Source: Paramoeba atlantica (Eukaryota > Protista > Discosea). From it: DNA of 64,000 nucleotides. The position numbers and the translations under genes were made by a program. Below are positions 60,801 through 64,000 of this stretch, in pieces (within the stretch, counting starts at the first letter, position 1; each line of letters starts with the position of its first letter). The DNA is taken from NCBI GenBank assembly GCA_977017575.1, contig CDRNVI010000207.1, positions 1 to 64,000 on the forward strand. Reading direction: 5' to 3'. The notes beneath the pieces were generated by a model that was given only the letters and a program-made list of their open reading frames with translations, ran no database searches and was not told the origin of the DNA.

Positions 60801-62033
60801 TTGATGAAATGGATAATTAGATTAAAACAGAATTCAAACTTTTTTGTAAAACAAATTGGAATGTATAAGAAATTTTAAATAACTTGGAAGAAAACAGGAA
60901 AAAATATGAGAGTTCAACTTCTAATGAAATATACTCAACAAATTTGGATTAGAAGAGATCATGGAACCTTCCTCCATAAAGATGCTTCAAACTTCAGTTT
61001 GTTATTTTGCTAATATTTGAGTTTTGATTGGAGGGAAAGTGATTGTAGTATTGGTTTCTTAAACTTCAAATTCTTTGGAAAAATTCACCAAAATCTGCAA
61101 TAACTCTTCATACTTGTTATTACTTTTACATGAGTTTGCCACTTGATTTAGGGTTGAAAATGATGGGTGTGTCTTTTATTAATCATAAAAAAAATCAAAT
61201 CCTTTGAAAAACTAAATAAAAAGAAAGCAACACACAAACCAAAGCTCTTAAAAAAATTGATTAAAGTGAAATTGATAAAAAACTTTTAAATTTTATTTCT
61301 CATCACCATTTTCTTTCAAGAAAATTTCAATTTCAAGATTATACATTTATGTGAGGAAAAAGTCTTCTTGAGCAGCTTAAATCAATTTTAAGTCTATTAT
61401 CACTTTATTTCTTTGATTTAAATTTATTTAAATTGCTTGAATTTCTTATGGAATATTCAAAGAGATTTGATATTAATTTGCTAAAAAAAAATTGTATTGA
61501 AAATGAAGTCCAGTTGTAAGAACTTTAATGTTTAAATTTGCAAAACTTTGTTGATTACTCTGATAGAAGTGTATACAATTCAAGTAATGGATTTGCTCCC
61601 TAGCTTTTGTTGCTCAAGGTTGCAAATTCCCAAACTAATAATATGTATCTGTTGTGTAAGCTTCCAGAATATGAAAATAAATTCATCAGATAGAACCTAT
61701 CTCTTCTCTCCAATCCATAAAGCTTTCCTTCCAAGAACCAATTTTTTTTTCAAAATTAATGGTGACTGTTTCATGATTTAACCCTTTTGAGGGATCACTT
61801 GTTAGCATTTGAAAACATTTTCAAAAAGTAATTTACAATAATATTGTGGATGGTTGATTTGGATTGTAATAAAAGATTTTTTTGATATTCTTCAATACTT
61901 GCTGCATTTGAGTGCTCATGTATCATTCCAATTTTCAATTTCCATCATTATCAACTTAGAATTAAAAAGAAATTTTGCATTTAGAAAATACAAAGACCAG
62001 CAACTTCAATAATTTGGTTTTCAATGAGTAATT

Positions 62034-62104
62034 CTTTTTTTTTTTTTGAAGCAAACTTTATTCAATTAGTAGTTTTTAATTTAAGCCATTTGAATTACAT
62101 TAAA
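62034..62104 (-). mobile_element. SINE-A-type 3' tail (about 70 bp) fused to the LINE 3' end
   Basis: ATTTAATGTAATTCAAATGGC...AATAAAGTTTGCTTC(A)n matches the SINE A terminus; no local TSD. Confidence 0.85.
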
Positions 62105-64000
62105 TGTGAAGTGGCCAGGAGTTTGGAGAAGGAAAGAGTGGGCAGGTGAAGGAAAGAAGGAAAGGGAAGAAAGGGAAAAGAAAGAAAGAGAAAAGTCAAG
62201 AGCAAATCATGGGAAAGATTGGTGGCGCATTGCAAGGGGAAACCAACCAAGTAAGTTTATTCCTTTTACCAACAAACAAAAGAAGTATTCATATGGGACA
62301 ACAAATATAACAAGTGTGGAATTGACAAGAAGCAAAACAGAATGAAAGACAAAAACACACAAGAAAAAGGACACGGTGGAGAGATTAAATCACAGATAAA
62401 TGTTATAGAACACAGGATTAATTGACATAAAGATTATATAAAATAGACAAATAAGATGGTGTGAAAATATTAAGGAAACAACTTGATTTCAGAGTGAGAA
62501 CTGGGTGGGAAGAGCTCAGATGAGAGAGACAGGAATACATGCAGAATCAGAACAGTTTGTACAGTCTTACAAATGTTCATCAGGGATATTCACACAACAG
62601 GGGAGCACAGTGGTGTACAAAGAGAAACAGATTAATTTGCACAACATGGAATCAGTTCACACCAGAATTCTGACATATCCTTTCAAATGAATATGTTTCA
62701 CATAAATCAGAAGAAGGAATTTCACAACACATCAGAAATCAAGAACAATTAAAGCAAAGCAGCAAGACAAATGGGATTTACATTTAACACAGCAAATCAA
62801 AATGAAACGTACAGACAAAGACCCATCATTGAACCAAATATCAAGCCATCAAGAAAATCAAAATAAATCACAAAATCACAAGAACAAAGATCAGTCGAAC
62901 AGAATAGAAAAACATAAGGGATTGGTGCAGAAGCAATTAATAATCCAAAACATATTACTTTGAAGCAAAAGAGGGATCGACACAAGAGCACAAGAGATAA
63001 TCAGAGAACTTAAGGCATGGACATAGAGAACAAGACAGAAAAATTCAATTCAGGAATTCAAAAATAATACAACCCAGAAAAGAAGAAATCGATCCAACAA
63101 AAACAGCAGGGAAAAGGAAGAGAGGGATTTGTGTTCACTACTGGAGACACAGGTGGTGCATTGAATTCTCAGAAATGCTATGTTCACTCATCATTGAGTG
63201 AGGATTGGAAGGAAGAAAGGATAAGTGTTCAACAGGAATCACTATTGCATAGTTCCTCTGGGTATGCTACATTTACTCATCATTGAGAGAGGAAGGTGCT
63301 GAAGATGTTGAAAAGAAGAATCTTTCAGAGAGAAGCAAAACAAGTCATCATAAGATGAATCAGTGAGATTGAGAGTAGAAAATCAAAATGATTTCAACAG
63401 AAACAAAGAAATCAAAAGTCCAGCAGAAATTATTAAGGTGTCACAAGCTTCAGAGATGATTGGGAACGGTCAAGAAGGACATTGGACAGAGAGCAACAGG
63501 AATGAAGTGCAACAACAACAAAAAAGACAAAAAAAGATCATCCAGAATAGTGCTGAAAACATGGTTCAGAGGCAAAGCATTCCAGGTATGCATTTCCAAA
63601 ATTCAGGGGATGAATTTTCAAAGATAAATCACACATCACGTATGTAGAAACAAATATGTTGTCACACAAAGGATAAATGTTGATCAAATCAACAAATGTT
63701 ACAATTGCATTGAGATTTGAGAAGAGAGGTGAGAAGAACACAAGCCGAAAGAAGAACATTGAGGAAAAATATCATGGGGCCAGTGAAAATCCATTGCAAG
63801 GGTGAGAAAAACAAAGACTCAGAGAATCAGAGAAAATAAAACTCAGAACTCCCTTGAAAGAACAAAGACGAGGCAATGGAGTCACAAAAGAACAAAGAGG
63901 GGACATGAGAACTCCCTTCAAAGGTAACAGGTGTCTCAAAAGCAAAGTAACATTGGAGGGCATTGTCTAAGGGATTGCAAAGACAAAAGCAGTCATCAAA
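62105..64000 (-). mobile_element. LINE 3' half (RT FDD at window edge to 3' UTR), lacking the SINE insertions of the 37-41.7 kb copy
   Basis: FDDC at 63989-64000, RT C-terminal motifs, homology to 39.9-41.6 kb and 36.7-37.2 kb. Confidence 0.7.

Noticed and set aside
61300-62030. Possible L1-type RT remnant on the minus strand
   Set aside because: Only faint motif echoes with no clear catalytic YADD; too degraded to support.
11700-64000. Fanzor/TnpB or Helitron/Polinton genes
   Set aside because: No RuvC, Rep/helicase, PolB or capsid motifs were recognised in the ORF track or decayed frames. Very degraded copies cannot be excluded without HMM searches.

Overview
AT-rich eukaryotic (protist-like) DNA with short spliceosomal introns, in two compartments. 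(1) About 1-11.6 kb is intact and gene-dense. It holds three ankyrin-repeat genes in which each repeat is one phase-0 exon, a small hypothetical gene, an intronless bacterial-like Asp-box (BNR) protein, an ALDH22-family aldehyde dehydrogenase and a TPR protein with a probable mitochondrial presequence. (2) About 11.7-64 kb is a nested, CpG-depleted, transition-mutated transposon island. It contains Ty3/gypsy and Ty1/copia LTR elements, two solo LTRs with TSDs, APE-type LINEs, two tRNA-derived SINE families (13 copies or fragments), a decayed intron-containing RAG1/Transib-like DDE transposase with neighbouring hypothetical pseudogenes, and a chromodomain Ty3 element whose gag is antisense to its pol. 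The strongest leads are the exon-per-repeat ankyrin family that varies at DARPin binding-surface positions, the RAG1/Transib-like transposase, the inverted gag, and repeat-restricted C-to-T hypermutation. All family assignments are by-eye motif recognition; no searches were run. Coordinates in decayed elements are approximate.
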